Both the position numbers and the translations under genes were made by a program. A stretch of DNA of 64,000 nucleotides from Monocercomonoides exilis PA203 (taxonomy: Eukaryota; Protista; Preaxostyla), in contig LSRY02000028.1 in NCBI GenBank assembly GCA_001643675.2, positions 682,001 to 746,000 of the forward strand, written 5' to 3'. The notes under the pieces are model-generated. The model worked only from the letters and a program-made list of their open reading frames with translations. It did not search any database and was not told the origin of the DNA. Each line of letters starts with the position of its first letter. Position 1 is the first letter of the stretch. Shown one piece after another: positions 51,626 through 63,657 of this stretch.

Positions 51626-53907
51626 ATGCGCAGAAGATATGAAATAATACAAAAAATAACAAAGTTTTGCCCTTATGTACCTCCTCCTGAAAAGGAAGTG
51701 TGATTATGAAAATTTCTCAAGATTAAAAATATCTGTATTTATTTATGTAGATAACATTTAAAGAAAAGTGCTTCTGGTCAATACTTATATTATTCACATA
51801 CGTTGTTTTGTTTTTTATGCCTGTTTATGGAATGTCTTCAAAAAACAATTATGAAGTGTTTTTCAGACGTTCTGAAGTGAATCCTGTTCAAGGTAATATA
51901 TTTTCTTATGAAGAGTTAATTTTTTCTATTGCATAAATTTTATTAAAAGGAACTTTAATGGAAATTGGATTCAGCCCTTTTTTGACAATTGGCATGTTTT
52001 TCTCAATTTTGTCAAAAAGTGGAATCTTCGCTCCTGATTCAAATTCTAAGGAAGAAGTTACTGTTCATAATCAATTTATGAAATGTTTTTATTTAGCATT
52101 GTTTTTTATGTTCGATTAAACCTTCTGATTTTTTCTTTGCAGTTATTGGATTATCTGTTACTCTTTTCCAAGCAATATTCATGGTGTCAAACGGATCATA
52201 TGGACCTCTTAGCGAAATTGGAATAATCAAAAGAATTCTCATTGTTGCTCAATTATTCTTTTCTGGATTGTCCATGTGCGTACTGGTTTGTATTGAGAAT
52301 AACGTGATTTTCGATTTTGATTTAACTGTGATTTGTTTGAAATATGTTTATTCTTTTGCTTGTTAAAAGGACGAATTTCTTGCGAAAGGCTATGGATTTG
52401 GAGAATCTGCTATGACTGTGTACTTTGCGTTCATTCCTGCAGAATCGTTGTTTTGGAAATTATTTGCACCAATTAGGAAAACAATAATAAAGCAGCTGTT
52501 GCCAACTCAAGTTGAGTCTGCCCTTTCCGATGCCCAACCAGCGGCAAACGCCAACAAACAAGTGGAATACTTGGGGCTTGTCCCGCATGTGTTGTCTGTC
52601 TGGTTTGGGAGAGGCAAAGCGCAGACGCTCCAGATGGCTTCATCAGAAGAGCAAAAAGTGTCTCTTCTGTCGAGAATATTGCACAGAAGCGACCCGTCGC
52701 TTTCGACCGTGCGGGAGGTAGCAATTGCTCTGCTCCACATCTTCGTCACTTTGTTCTTTGTACAGATTAAGTGCAACATCTTCGCTGTCCACCACAACAC
52801 TCAGAGCGATTCGACCAAATCTGAGTCACATTCATCTCAATCATCATCATCTTCTTCTTCTTCTACAACCACTTCCGAATCAATGCGTCATTCACCAGAC
52901 AGCTCTGATAACAAGTCATCGAGTCCGAACTCGCTTAGCAGCATCGAAGCCGGCCACTCGCCGAAATCTACTCTTCTTGTGGCGACTGTTCCGTTCTTCC
53001 CTACAGCTTATCTGCCACTCGTGCTCTTTGACTTCTTCAAGGGGCTTGTAGACACACTCTCTCGCAACTTATACTTCCACTTTGTCTGCCCTTCAATGAT
53101 CAGCTCCATTTCGTCGTCTGCTTCTTCGGCTGATCTTTCAGCTCCGCTTTCTTTCTCCTCTCTCGCTTCAGACGCCCTCACATCAACCTTCTGCAGCACT
53201 AAGCCGCGTTCTCTGTTTGCTTTCCTCTACCGCGCTTTTCTTCGCCCTGTTTTGGGCTCGTGGCAGATCGATCGGGTGACTCCTCTCGGAAATGTCATTT
53301 CTCACCCAACGTCTGGTCTCTCTGGCCTTATGGCGTGTCCAGCGCTGACTGGTGCTATAAAACCTGCTGCTTCTATGACATATTTTGTTGAGCTTGTGAG
53401 CGAAGCTCTGTTTATTGTCGTGTACATTGTTGCGGTTTCTTGTTATTATTTGCCTTTTATGGACACTTCTGTTGAGAAGCTGCAAGAGGATGCAAGAATA
53501 GCACTTCAACAAAACTCCAAGGAGAATCGAGGCAAAAAAGAGAAAAGCGAAAATGAGGAAGGAAATGAAGGAGAACATTCTTCTGGTGACTCTACAAAAA
53601 TTAACTTTTCACAGGAAGAGGAGGAGGAATTAATGAACGATATTGAACATACAACACTGATTGCAGTAATCATTTCAAGCCTTTATGAAGCAATGTTTGT
53701 CATTTTGGACAAAGTCACAGGTTTGATTTTCGACTTTTTTTAATTTTATATTCGTTTAAATATAAATTATTAATACTTAATTTAACATTTATTGAATTAG
53801 GAAATACAATAAATATTTCTTCGATACTTCAATTTACCATGACTGTATCAAAAATGACAAAGCAAGCCCAGATCGATTGGCAAAACTCTAAGAAACATAT
53901 TAAATAA
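51626..53907 (+). CDS. Highly divergent Sec61-alpha/SecY-family protein; exons 51626-51697, 51751-51892, 51950-52084, 52143-52285, 52370-53720, 53801-53907
   Basis: Collinear Sec61-alpha landmarks: PPPEKEITFKEKCFWS, MPVYG, GTLMEIGFSPFLT, FQAIFMVSNGSYG, QLFFSGL...DEFLAKGYGFG, ESLFWKLFAP, VEYLG, LGSW...HPTSGL. Confidence 0.85.
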
Positions 53908-54083
53908 AGCGTTAACAATTTTTTGTTAACTTATTTTATATTAGGTCATTTCACTTTTATTTTTTAAAACTACGTTCTTCTATTTATGGCTTTGATCAAT
54001 TTTTCATTTCAAATCTTGTATTGTGTGAGCATTAATTTTAAATTTAAACTTTATGAATATTTTTTACTATATAGGTCCCTTTC

Positions 54084-57000
54084 ATGCAAACTATCCCCGA
54101 CGTTCAAGCAGACCAATTGACAAAAGATGCTTTACGCATTGGTCCGAAGGGGAAAAAACTGACGATCAAACGAGGAAAAGGATGTTATCCATTTTCTTTG
54201 GGAGAATTGTGCATTGGTCCTTATCAAATTCCTTTAGGTGGTTCATCACCTTCGCCCCCAACTGAATTCAACTTTACCCGTCATTTCAATGACCCGATCC
54301 TAACGCAAGCTGTTGCTTCTAAAAATACTGCAGTTACTCTTGCATTGCTTGCAGAAAATCCACACAACATTTTTTACAACTATTTAAGAAAATGGTTTGT
54401 TGTCTTAGTCTTTTTTTTATTTCTTATTGTTATTTTTTATCTTTTATTTTACATATTTATTTCTCAATAAGGTACACTTCATTCGCAATTCACAACGGAT
54501 TAAAATCAATTGTTGTGCAATTCGTTCATGCTGTACATACGTATAGAATGCACATACCATTCGACACAATCGAAAAAATTGCTTTATCTGATGAAAATGG
54601 CAATCGATATTTTTGTTTGTTGCTCAATAGTTTTTTATTGCAATGATATATTTTTTTCTCTTTGACGTTTTAAATGTGTTTGCATTTATTTTGTGTTACA
54701 GGTAATCGCATGTATCCTCAAGATCAGCCTGATGAAGTACCAAAAGATCCTCTTTCGTGCTTTACTTATTTAGAAATTTATCTATCACAACCACCAAAAT
54801 TAAAATGGGCCAAAACAAATCACGATATTCGTGACGGCTTTTTTAATCCGTATGAAATTTCCAATCCAATGGAAACAAAAGGAGCAGAAGTTCAAAATGG
54901 TATGAACAGTTTGAATAAAAGTTTTGTTTAATACTGTTCTTCATCGACTTATATTTGTTGATTCAGTCTCCTCATTTCCAGGAATCAACACAAAGAGAGG
55001 TCCCGTTTATCATCCATGCGCAGCAGATCGGTTTGCTCGTCTCGATGGAATTACAATCCGTTTTAGGTTTGCATAATACTTAAGTGACCTTAAATATTTG
55101 AAAATGTATTTTTACATTTTCTATAATAATAACTTTCCTGTTACACTTCTTTTCTCGGCTTTTTTGATACAATAAATATCCAGGCGCTATCGATTTCTTC
55201 TTCAAGATCGGTGGATAGATGATCCAAAAATACGTGTTCCATCACATATTCCTGGTGTGTATTTTATTCGATCTTGTTATTTATTCTTCTCAACTGCATT
55301 TTGTTTTGTTTTGTTGTCTATTCATTTTATATAAAACAATGCTCGCAACAAACTTCCATATCATTATCATCTCTACAATCACAATGGATTATTATAAAAC
55401 TATTCCAAACGTCATTTCCTGCATTATTTTTTATTTCTCATATCATTTTCCAGCCAATTCAGCTCCTCTTCCTCCATCTACTCTTCTCGAATATGTTCTT
55501 CTGAGTGAGCCTCACCTGGAGCATCTCTTGAAAGAGCAGAATGTTCTTGCCCAGTCAGATTCTCCTCACATCCCATTCGCCTTGGTGTCAATCGCCGACC
55601 CAGCGTCTTCTGCTCCCCGTGCAGTGCAAGGGCTGACAGGCTATCTTCCCTTCCTGTTTCCGTCTGCACAGACACAGCAGGGCGAGCCAGCTGCACTTTT
55701 GGGCGAGCAGAAAGGAGAAGAGAAAGATTTGGATAAGAAAGGGACGAAGGAGGAATTCATCAATTCTTTGGGAGAGGTTGACGAGAGGAAAGCGCAGGAG
55801 AACGAAATAGGAGCCAATGTGCTGTCAAATGAATCAAACATTTCAAACACTTCTTCCACCATCGCTTCTTCTTCTTCTTCTTCTTCTGATATGTCTAATT
55901 CCTCTTCCTCTCCTTCTTCTTCAAACAACGAATCACTTCCACAAGACCCTTCTTCTTCTTCTAACACCTCATCTTCTTTAACTTCACAATCTTCCTCGCC
56001 TTCTTCCTCATCATCTGCACTTTCTGTCACTTCTGCTCCTTCCTCTCCATCATCCTCCTCAGCCAATCCTTCTTCTTCCATTGCAGATGAGATGCCAATC
56101 GCACAACTGGCTGTTGTCGACTTGAACTCCAACGACGACGACCGCCTCGCCACTGAGCTTCTTCGCCTGTTTGACGAGAATTCTGAGATCAGACTGCTTC
56201 TGACAGGCATCCTGCAGTCGATGCAGAAGCAGAAGGCGATCGAAGCTGCTTTCATCAACTACATCACCACCTCCCAGCGCATCCAGCCTCTTCCCTTTCC
56301 CTCGCAATGGCTCTTCACTCAGATCCAGCTGGCCAATGTCGAAGAGATCCCTCCTCTCGCACCCAGCAAGCGCGAGCCCGACGCCGGCTCCATCTTCCCC
56401 TTCTATCCGCTGAATGGGTGTGGATGCCGCTCAGGACAGTGCACGACGCGCAGGTGTGTGTGCTATCTGGCAGGTGTTGGCTGCACCCACCGCTGTCTGT
56501 GCCACAAGGGAGGGCCTCACAGCTCCCCTCACAATGGAGCGCCTTCCATCCAGCAGGGCGCAGAGAACTCAGCCACTCCGCTGTCTGGCGGACTGCCCCC
56601 GGGATTTGGATCAACTCCCTTCCCGTTGCAGAAACTCACCCAGCTGAATGGGGTGGATGCAGGCAGCGGAGATATGATGGGCTCTTCTGCGCTGGGAAAT
56701 GGGGGAAATCCAGGTGCGGGGGGAGACAGTGGAATTGGAGGGGGTGGTGCAGGGAATATTTCTGTGGACGATGGCTCCTCTGCGTCTTCATTGAAGCTTC
56801 CAGGAATAGCTGATCTGTTTACGGCGACGCCTGTTGTGCCTACACATGCTGCACACGAAGAAGTGCTGGGGATGATGATGAATGGGAAGCTGGGTGAGTA
56901 TTTGGCCGCACAACCTTGCCGAAATGTGTTCAATGTAATCTTCCCAGCATACGGCATTCTTCAGGCAGCTCCTTGTTTTGCATCGTATCTGCGGCACACA

Positions 57001-59094
57001 GCAACGACGCTTGTGACACTCCAAACACAACACAGAAAGACACCTGCTGCTCTCCCGCGGAAAGGAAGAGGGCGGCCGAGGAAGAGAGACCACGATCTGA
57101 TTGTGCACAACCCGACAGGCATTGCAATTGCAGCGCCGAGGCAGCAGATGAGCGGGTATGGTCCGGCCGGCGGTGATGGTGGAGCAGGCGAGCAGATGCA
57201 CCAGAGTGCATCGTCTCTGTCTCTGCCGCTGCTGCCTGTGGATCTGTGGAGGCTTGTGCGGGAGAGTGAGCTGTACCACTACTGCTGCGAGGAGATGATC
57301 CAGCTGTGGGGCTTTGACGAGGAAGACGCGTGGGCCAAGGCGCAGATGCAGCAGTCGCTGATGAAGATGGAAGAGAAGGAGAACGGGATGGACGAGCTGG
57401 GAGGGCCTGGGGGTGCAGGAGGAGGGCTGGATGGGATGGGCGACGGATCGGGTGTGTCTGCTCAGATGTCTTTAGCTGCACAGCAGACGCTTACTCAGCC
57501 ACTGACTGTGGCGTGGCGCAACACAGTGCCATTGTTGGAGCTGACGCCCAGACAGACATACATTCTGCAGGAGATATTTGGTGTGCATCCTCCAATTGCT
57601 GTTGTTCCTCTGCCTCCCAACGCTGTCTATGCACATCCAGCATGTGCCCAGCTTGTCACTTCACCATTTTCCTCTTCTTTCCCAAAGATGAAGCCAGCAT
57701 CCTCTCATCTCTTACCCCAGTCTTCCCAGCAGCAGTCTGTGCGATCTCAAACAGGCTCACCCAGCTTCCCTGACAGTCCACTCTTGTCTGATGCGCCAGA
57801 TGTTCTGGACAGCGGCGAGACGCCTTATCTGACTGAGTTCTTCACAGGCGCATATCTTGCTGCTCTTCCCCCGCAGGTGCTGACCTTCTCATTCTGCTTC
57901 GGCCAGTCCTCGCAAGTGCAGCAGCAGATTCAACAGCAGCTTTCACAGCAACTCCCACAAGACCCCTCTCAAATGGCGCTCACCTCGCAACTCGCGCCTG
58001 GTGCGGCTGCTTCTGCGAACATGCTGGCAAATGCAGCACTGCGCTCAATAGACGGCCCGCCAGTTATTCGAGTGGTGGGCGATCTTTCTGTGTATCCCTC
58101 GATTGATGACACGCAGCGTGTGAGAGGTTGCATCGTCAACCGCAACGAAGTGTTCCACTGCTCCCGCTGCGACGAGTGCTTCCACGGAAGAATGTGGCAC
58201 TGCAGGCGGTGCAACAGATGCACCACTGCAATCGACGGAAAGCCGTGTGAGTTCTGCCATCCTCACAAAAGAGAAGGCGTTGTGATTCCGCGCTGGGACA
58301 AAGCACGCTCTCAGCTGCATCTGGGCATTGATGGATCTTTAAGCATCGGAGATGGATCGGCTGTGGGCGCTGTGGACTCTCAGCAGCAACAGGGAGTGAA
58401 TGCACAGGGTGAATTAGTTGGTGAGCGAGACAAAATGAAAGGCTCGAATGTTAAGAATGAAGATGGAACTGGGCAATCAGGAGTAAACTCCTCGTCCTCC
58501 TCAGCATCTCAGGCAGCTGGTGTGTCAATGGGCGTGTCGTCACAGCTTGTGTACTCAGACATGGGAGGAAGCCCGTCGCATCTGCAGTCGCAGATGATGC
58601 ACATCTCGCGCAGTGTGACTGAAGAAGGCGAGACGAGCGAGACTGACAGCGATGCTGAATTAGACTTTTCGCTGTCGCATTCGTACCAGCTTTCCTGCAA
58701 CAAGCACATGCAAAACATTGAAGCCCGGTTCAACACACTGGCCTTGGCAAGAGAGCCCATCCCGCCAGACATTCAGGACGAGGTGGCTTCGATACGCACA
58801 ACGGTGGATCATGTGCAGCAGATCTTCTCACAGCACCTGGCGTCGATGACTGCTGCACTCTCGTCGAACCAGGCTGTGTTCTCATCTTCGCAGGGGATGC
58901 TTTCTTCTTCGGGTTCTCTCTCTTCACTTCAGACGATGGAGCAGCAGATCCAAGAAGAGCAGGATGCTGTTGAGAGGAACAATCGGATGGCCGAGCTGGA
59001 AGTAACTGGCGTTGATGATGCAACGAAATGCCAGGAACCACGAAACAATGTGAATGATATCAATCTGATGGATGTTGGAATTGAAGGGCAGTGA
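54084..59094 (+). CDS. Putative DNA/chromatin-binding protein: possible N-terminal PH-like domain, CXC-like Cys cluster, AT-hook, Cys/His Zn finger, C-terminal coiled coil; about 6 exons, the last 55454-59094
   Basis: GCGCRSGQCTTRRCVCYLAGVGCTHRCLC; RKGRGRPRK; HCSRCDECFHGRMWHCRRCNRC...CEFC. The upstream small ORFs are flanked by GT-AG sites. Confidence 0.72.
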
Positions 59095-59627
59095 ATGTTT
59101 TAATCACACTTCTTCACTATCTATTTCATTGTTCCATTTTAAATTTGTGCTTCGGTTTGTTTTTCAACTCTTGCAATCATTTATTCGGTAATTCTGTTGA
59201 TGATTTCAATCATCGTTCCGGGTGCTTGTTGCGTGTATTTTCTGCTTCGTCATCTCATTTTCAGTTCCCATGTCATTTTCATGTCATTCCTTCAGTGCCT
59301 GCTTGCATATCACACCTGTTCTGTCTTATGCGGTCTTTGTTGCATTATTTCTTGTTGGTATCATCATTTCTATCCATATTGGCTTATGTTTTTAATGTTT
59401 ATATGGCTTGTTGCAATATTAAACCAAAAAGAAAGGGAAAAAATGTCTCTCTCTGCAAGTGATTATAATAGGTAAAGATAAAATTCAACTGACATGAAAA
59501 ATGAATAAAATGAGATTTATAAAAAAAATTTATTCAAAAAGACGTAAATTGAATTATTTTCAAACAATTAGAATTGCTGTGAAAATTAGATTTATTAATA
59601 AGAAGAAGCAAAGAACAGAATAAAGAA

Positions 59628-60753
59628 TCAAGCAGATAAAGCATCGAGTTGATTCTGAATAAGTTCAAGTTGCCTGGAAAATAAAGAAAGCTCTTCATGA
59701 TTCATCTCAAAAATGATAGAGCGATTGCTTTTCTTCACATGCTCTGGTTGCTGCTGAGATGAGCGATTCTCTGCTGGCTTTGTGGAAGATGAGCTTGTTG
59801 AAGAAGAGGCAACGGAAGAAGTTTCAGAAGCGTTTGATGATGAAGTGGCACCCGCAGGAGCATTATCCGATGCCGAGGAAATAACAGTTCCAGAAGGCTA
59901 GAGCATATTTGAATGCGAATATAAAAGAAGTGCATTGATGTGCATTCAATTATGTGATGTAACAATCAAATGAGTATGCAAAAAAAGAAAGTTTTTCTTA
60001 CCTGTACACTGTGCTCGGCTTCGTCAAAAGAAAACTGAAGTGTGGCCATCGGAGCTCGATCAAGTCTTGTAGCAGACTATAAACAAAGTTAAAAGAGTTC
60101 GATGTGATTAATTGATTCATTGAAAATGGAATACCGATGCCAATGGAATGTGCGATTCCCACTTAATGGTTTTCACTGCAGGAGGGAAACCAAAGTTTTG
60201 ATCTCGTAAATTCTGGATAAATGATTCTCCTTTCTTTTCCCATACATTTACAAAATCATTTCTCTGAAATTCAGTGAAAGAAGTCAAATATAAGTTTGAT
60301 TATTACATATTTTGAATGATAAATACCTTTGTTTCTTCAATTGAAGTCTTTGCAAGCTGTGCAGCAAACTTAGCAGGCTTTAACGTCATGTATGCTGCTT
60401 GCTCAAAAATAAAGCAGCAACCTTCGGTAAGGATGTCCATTTCTTCCGCATTAAGCTCAAACATTTCCATGAACATTTTTTCTTCTTCTTCAGTAAATAT
60501 CTTTCCGACCTACAATAAAAATATTTTATAAATCATCGAAAATTTTTTCTCACTGTACCTTTTCTCCTCCTAATTTTGTTATTACTCTTTTAAGGAATGA
60601 CTATTAAAAAAAAAAAGAAAGAAGCGAAAAAATTGAAATGAAAAGAAAATGAAAATTGAAAAGAAAATAAACCAGGAATTTTTCTTGTTTGAAATTGTTT
60701 ATGAGTTCAATTGCAGCTTTGAAATTCTTTGTTTCAGCAAAAAGTTGAGACAT
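59628..60753 (-). CDS. COMMD10: COMM domain-containing protein 10 (Commander/CCC complex), 6 exons
   Basis: Spliced MSQLFAETKNFKAAIELINNFKQEKF...RVITKL...FTEEEEK...FIFEQAAY...FVNVW...IKWESHIPLAS...FEMNHEELSLFSRQLELIQNQLDAL* matches the COMMD10 pattern end to end. It is absent from the ORF track because the exons are short. Confidence 0.88.
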
Positions 60754-61261
60754 TGATCGTATTTAACTTTAATGGGTCAAAAAATCTTAATGAACTAATG
60801 TTTTTCTTTTGATTTTGCTGTCTGAACAACTCTTCTTATTGTTTTTCCCTTGAAAAAGAAAAATTGATGTTTGTTGATATTTTGAAATTGTTTAAAGATA
60901 ATAATGTTTTTCTCAAAAAGTTAAAATGTATTTGTCAAACACATTTTCGAATTATTGAGTGTTGTTTAATTCACTTCATTAACTTAATTTGATATTGCTC
61001 CTTGGTGAAATGAATACAAAGAATCATTATCACTTTCAAAATTTTACAAATAATTGGTTAAGTGAAAATATGATAAAGGAAAAGGAAAAGGAAAAAAGGA
61101 AATGAGCATTTCATCAAAACATATAAACACATCGATAGAAAATAATATTTTTTTTTTCACAACTCGTTTGAAAATCACTAAATTTTCAAAAACAACAATT
61201 TTTCATTTTTCTAGGTGGACGTTTTGATGTGAATTTTTTTTGAACTTTTTGGAAAGAAAAA

Positions 61262-61262
<1 letters not shown>

Positions 61263-61303
<41 letters not shown>

Positions 61304-61316
61304 AAAAAAAAAAAAA
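61263..61316 (+). repeat. Poly(A) tract (A39-GG-A13)
   Basis: Directly visible. Confidence 0.9.
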
Positions 61317-62104
61317 TCCAACAATAAAAAGAAGCTTCATTTTAAAGTCGACCGAGCTGATATTGCTTTTGGTGATTTCAAACTTGGAGATTCCTGATAA
61401 TTTGGTTTTGATTCCGAGTTAATTGTTAGAAAAACATTCTGGATCAGAACAATGAACACATCAAATGACATTTTTTCAATCAAATTTCAATTTAGCAAAG
61501 TTTTTTCAGTATATTTCAATAATAGTTATTCACTGTCTGAGCAAACGTGAATTCTACCTGATTCAATTCTTGCCAATGGTTTTCAACAAGATTCACTTGT
61601 TTTTAATATGCAAAACCTGTATCGTTCGTCATTTATCATTCTCTCATTCCATAATTATCATTCATTCAAAACAGCTTTCAATACCAAACTGAAATAATAG
61701 AAGTGAAATCTATTGAAAGGTTCACATATGAAAGGATCAATTGAACGGTTGAAAAAACATAGGGCAATTTGAATGAGATGAAAGATGAAAAGAAAATGAC
61801 AAATAATTTGGAATAAGTTGCTCCTTTCGATTTCTCGTTGTATTCATTTGTTCCTTCATTGAAACTGTTCGTTTGATCTTTTTATTTCTTCTTCAGTTTG
61901 ATATTGTAAGAAATTGTTTGAACAAACAAGTTTAAGTATCTGGATTATAATTTTGACAAAAATGGATCCTTTCACATTCCTAATAATCTGCTCATTTGCT
62001 TTTTCATGAAAATTAAATCTCTTAATTATTAATTCGAATGAATGCTATCTTATAACTGAATGAAGTGATTATTCAAGGTGCAAGGAGTCAAAAAAGCATT
62101 TGAT

Positions 62105-63657
62105 TCAGTAATAAACAAAATAATCATTCAAATTTTCAATCAAAAAATAACAATCCTCATCTTCTTCAACAAAGCAATAGTTGAATCCGATGGTCCAATC
62201 TTCATATCCATATTCCTCTAACTTCTCAAACAATTTTCTTTTAACTTCTTTTCGTTTTGCCTCATAACTTTCGCTTGCTTTCTTTTCTTTTAATCGTTTG
62301 CAAAGTTTTTTTATAAACGATAAACAACATATATTTTGTCGGAGATCGATATTTGATTGGACGATCATTTCGAATATCACATCAATGGCACCGCTTTCCA
62401 AAAAATGTTCAATTTCAACGGATTTGTTTCTCACTGAATTATCAAAACATTCTAAACATCTATCGCAAATTTCTCCAAAATTATTTTTAGCTGTTCTTAA
62501 TATCTGAGCAATGTTTCCTATCAGCTTAACAAATTCTTCATTCCTCAATTGACAATAGCGAAAATAAATTAATAATGTTTTGAGCCATCTCTTTAAAATA
62601 ATCTCTTCTTTCGTTTCGTTAACTCCTTCCTCATCCTTTTGTCTTTTCCAATCCACACATTTCGAAAGCTCTTCAAGTTCTTTTATTGCCTCTCTTGCGA
62701 AATGCAGTTCATTTGCAACAACGTATTCCCAACTTCTATTGTTGCGCAATTGATTTATTAAAAATTGCCAAACTGACTGATAGGCAAGTCGTGTCAAGTT
62801 GCGATGCTCCTGGAGATATTTGATGATTTCGGTAATCTTATCCAAGAAAAGTTCTTGTTCCACTTTCTAATGAAAAAGGAGAGAGAACATTAAAAACGTC
62901 AAAAATGAAATAGAAATGCTCATACACAAAACCCAATGTTGTTCAAAGCTAACAAAGCCATTTCCACTTCTTTTTGTGCTTCTTCGTTCTCCTCTTTGTC
63001 TGATGCAACTTTCAAAAGACAAGGTACGCAAATTGAAATTAGCTTCGATGAAAATATGCTGCCAAGCAAAAGATTGCATTCGCAGAGATCAACAAGAAGT
63101 TTTTCATCCTTTTCTTCTTTTTTCTCTTCTTCTTCAAAAATCATTTTCTCGAAACTCTTACTCAATAAAGTGAAATAAAAACCACAAATTTGTGATTCGT
63201 TCAACTCATTACAATATCCCACTTGCTTCAACAGTAAAATTGCGTTTTTTAAATCCATTTTCTTTTCTTCAATCATTTTGTTTATTTTATCGAACATTTC
63301 ATTGTTGAAAACAGATCTGAATTCTTCTTTATTCATTTCATCAATCAGTCTATTTAACTCATAGACATTCTGTTTTTGACTGACTTTGTCACAATCTTCA
63401 AATTCAGAAAACAATTCTATAATAAAATATTTGAAGCAGTCACAATCATCACTAATAAAAATAACACTATCTACAAACCAGTGAACTTCTTTGTGATGTC
63501 ATCCTTATATATTTCTGCAAAGTTTTTGCAATCGTAAAGGAACTACATATTTGTTATTTTAACAGACAACGATACAGAGCGAGAGAGTGAAAAAATGAAA
63601 TAATATAAAATAAAAAAGCTTGCATATTCATTATAATATCAGCATTCATACATCCAT
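62105..63657 (-). CDS. Helical protein, probably from a lineage-expanded multigene family; 4 exons, the first encoding only Met-Asp
   Basis: Spliced MD|FLYDCKNFAEIYKDDITKKFT|ELFSEFEDC...NAILLLKQVGYC...CVPCLLKVA...QKEVEMALLAL...|KVEQELFL...HRNLTRLAYQSVWQFL. I recall this pattern from repeated Monocercomonoides hypothetical proteins but have not verified it. Confidence 0.75.

Noticed and set aside
49686-53907. Relic of a prokaryotic ribosomal-protein/secY operon (L7Ae family, uL22, SecY family in a row)
   Set aside because: All three are eukaryote-type, intron-containing genes, and NHP2 is a snoRNP protein. Adjacency is most simply chance.
55219-55453. Hydrophobic N-terminus or signal peptide of the 1291-aa ORF
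   Set aside because: It is mostly read-through of intron 55255-55453; the real upstream exon is in another frame.
58156-58260. DHHC palmitoyltransferase
   Set aside because: The HCxxC pattern is similar, but there is no DHHC motif and no flanking transmembrane helices.
61240-61422. Poly-Lys ORF
   Set aside because: It is simply the translation of the poly(A) tract.
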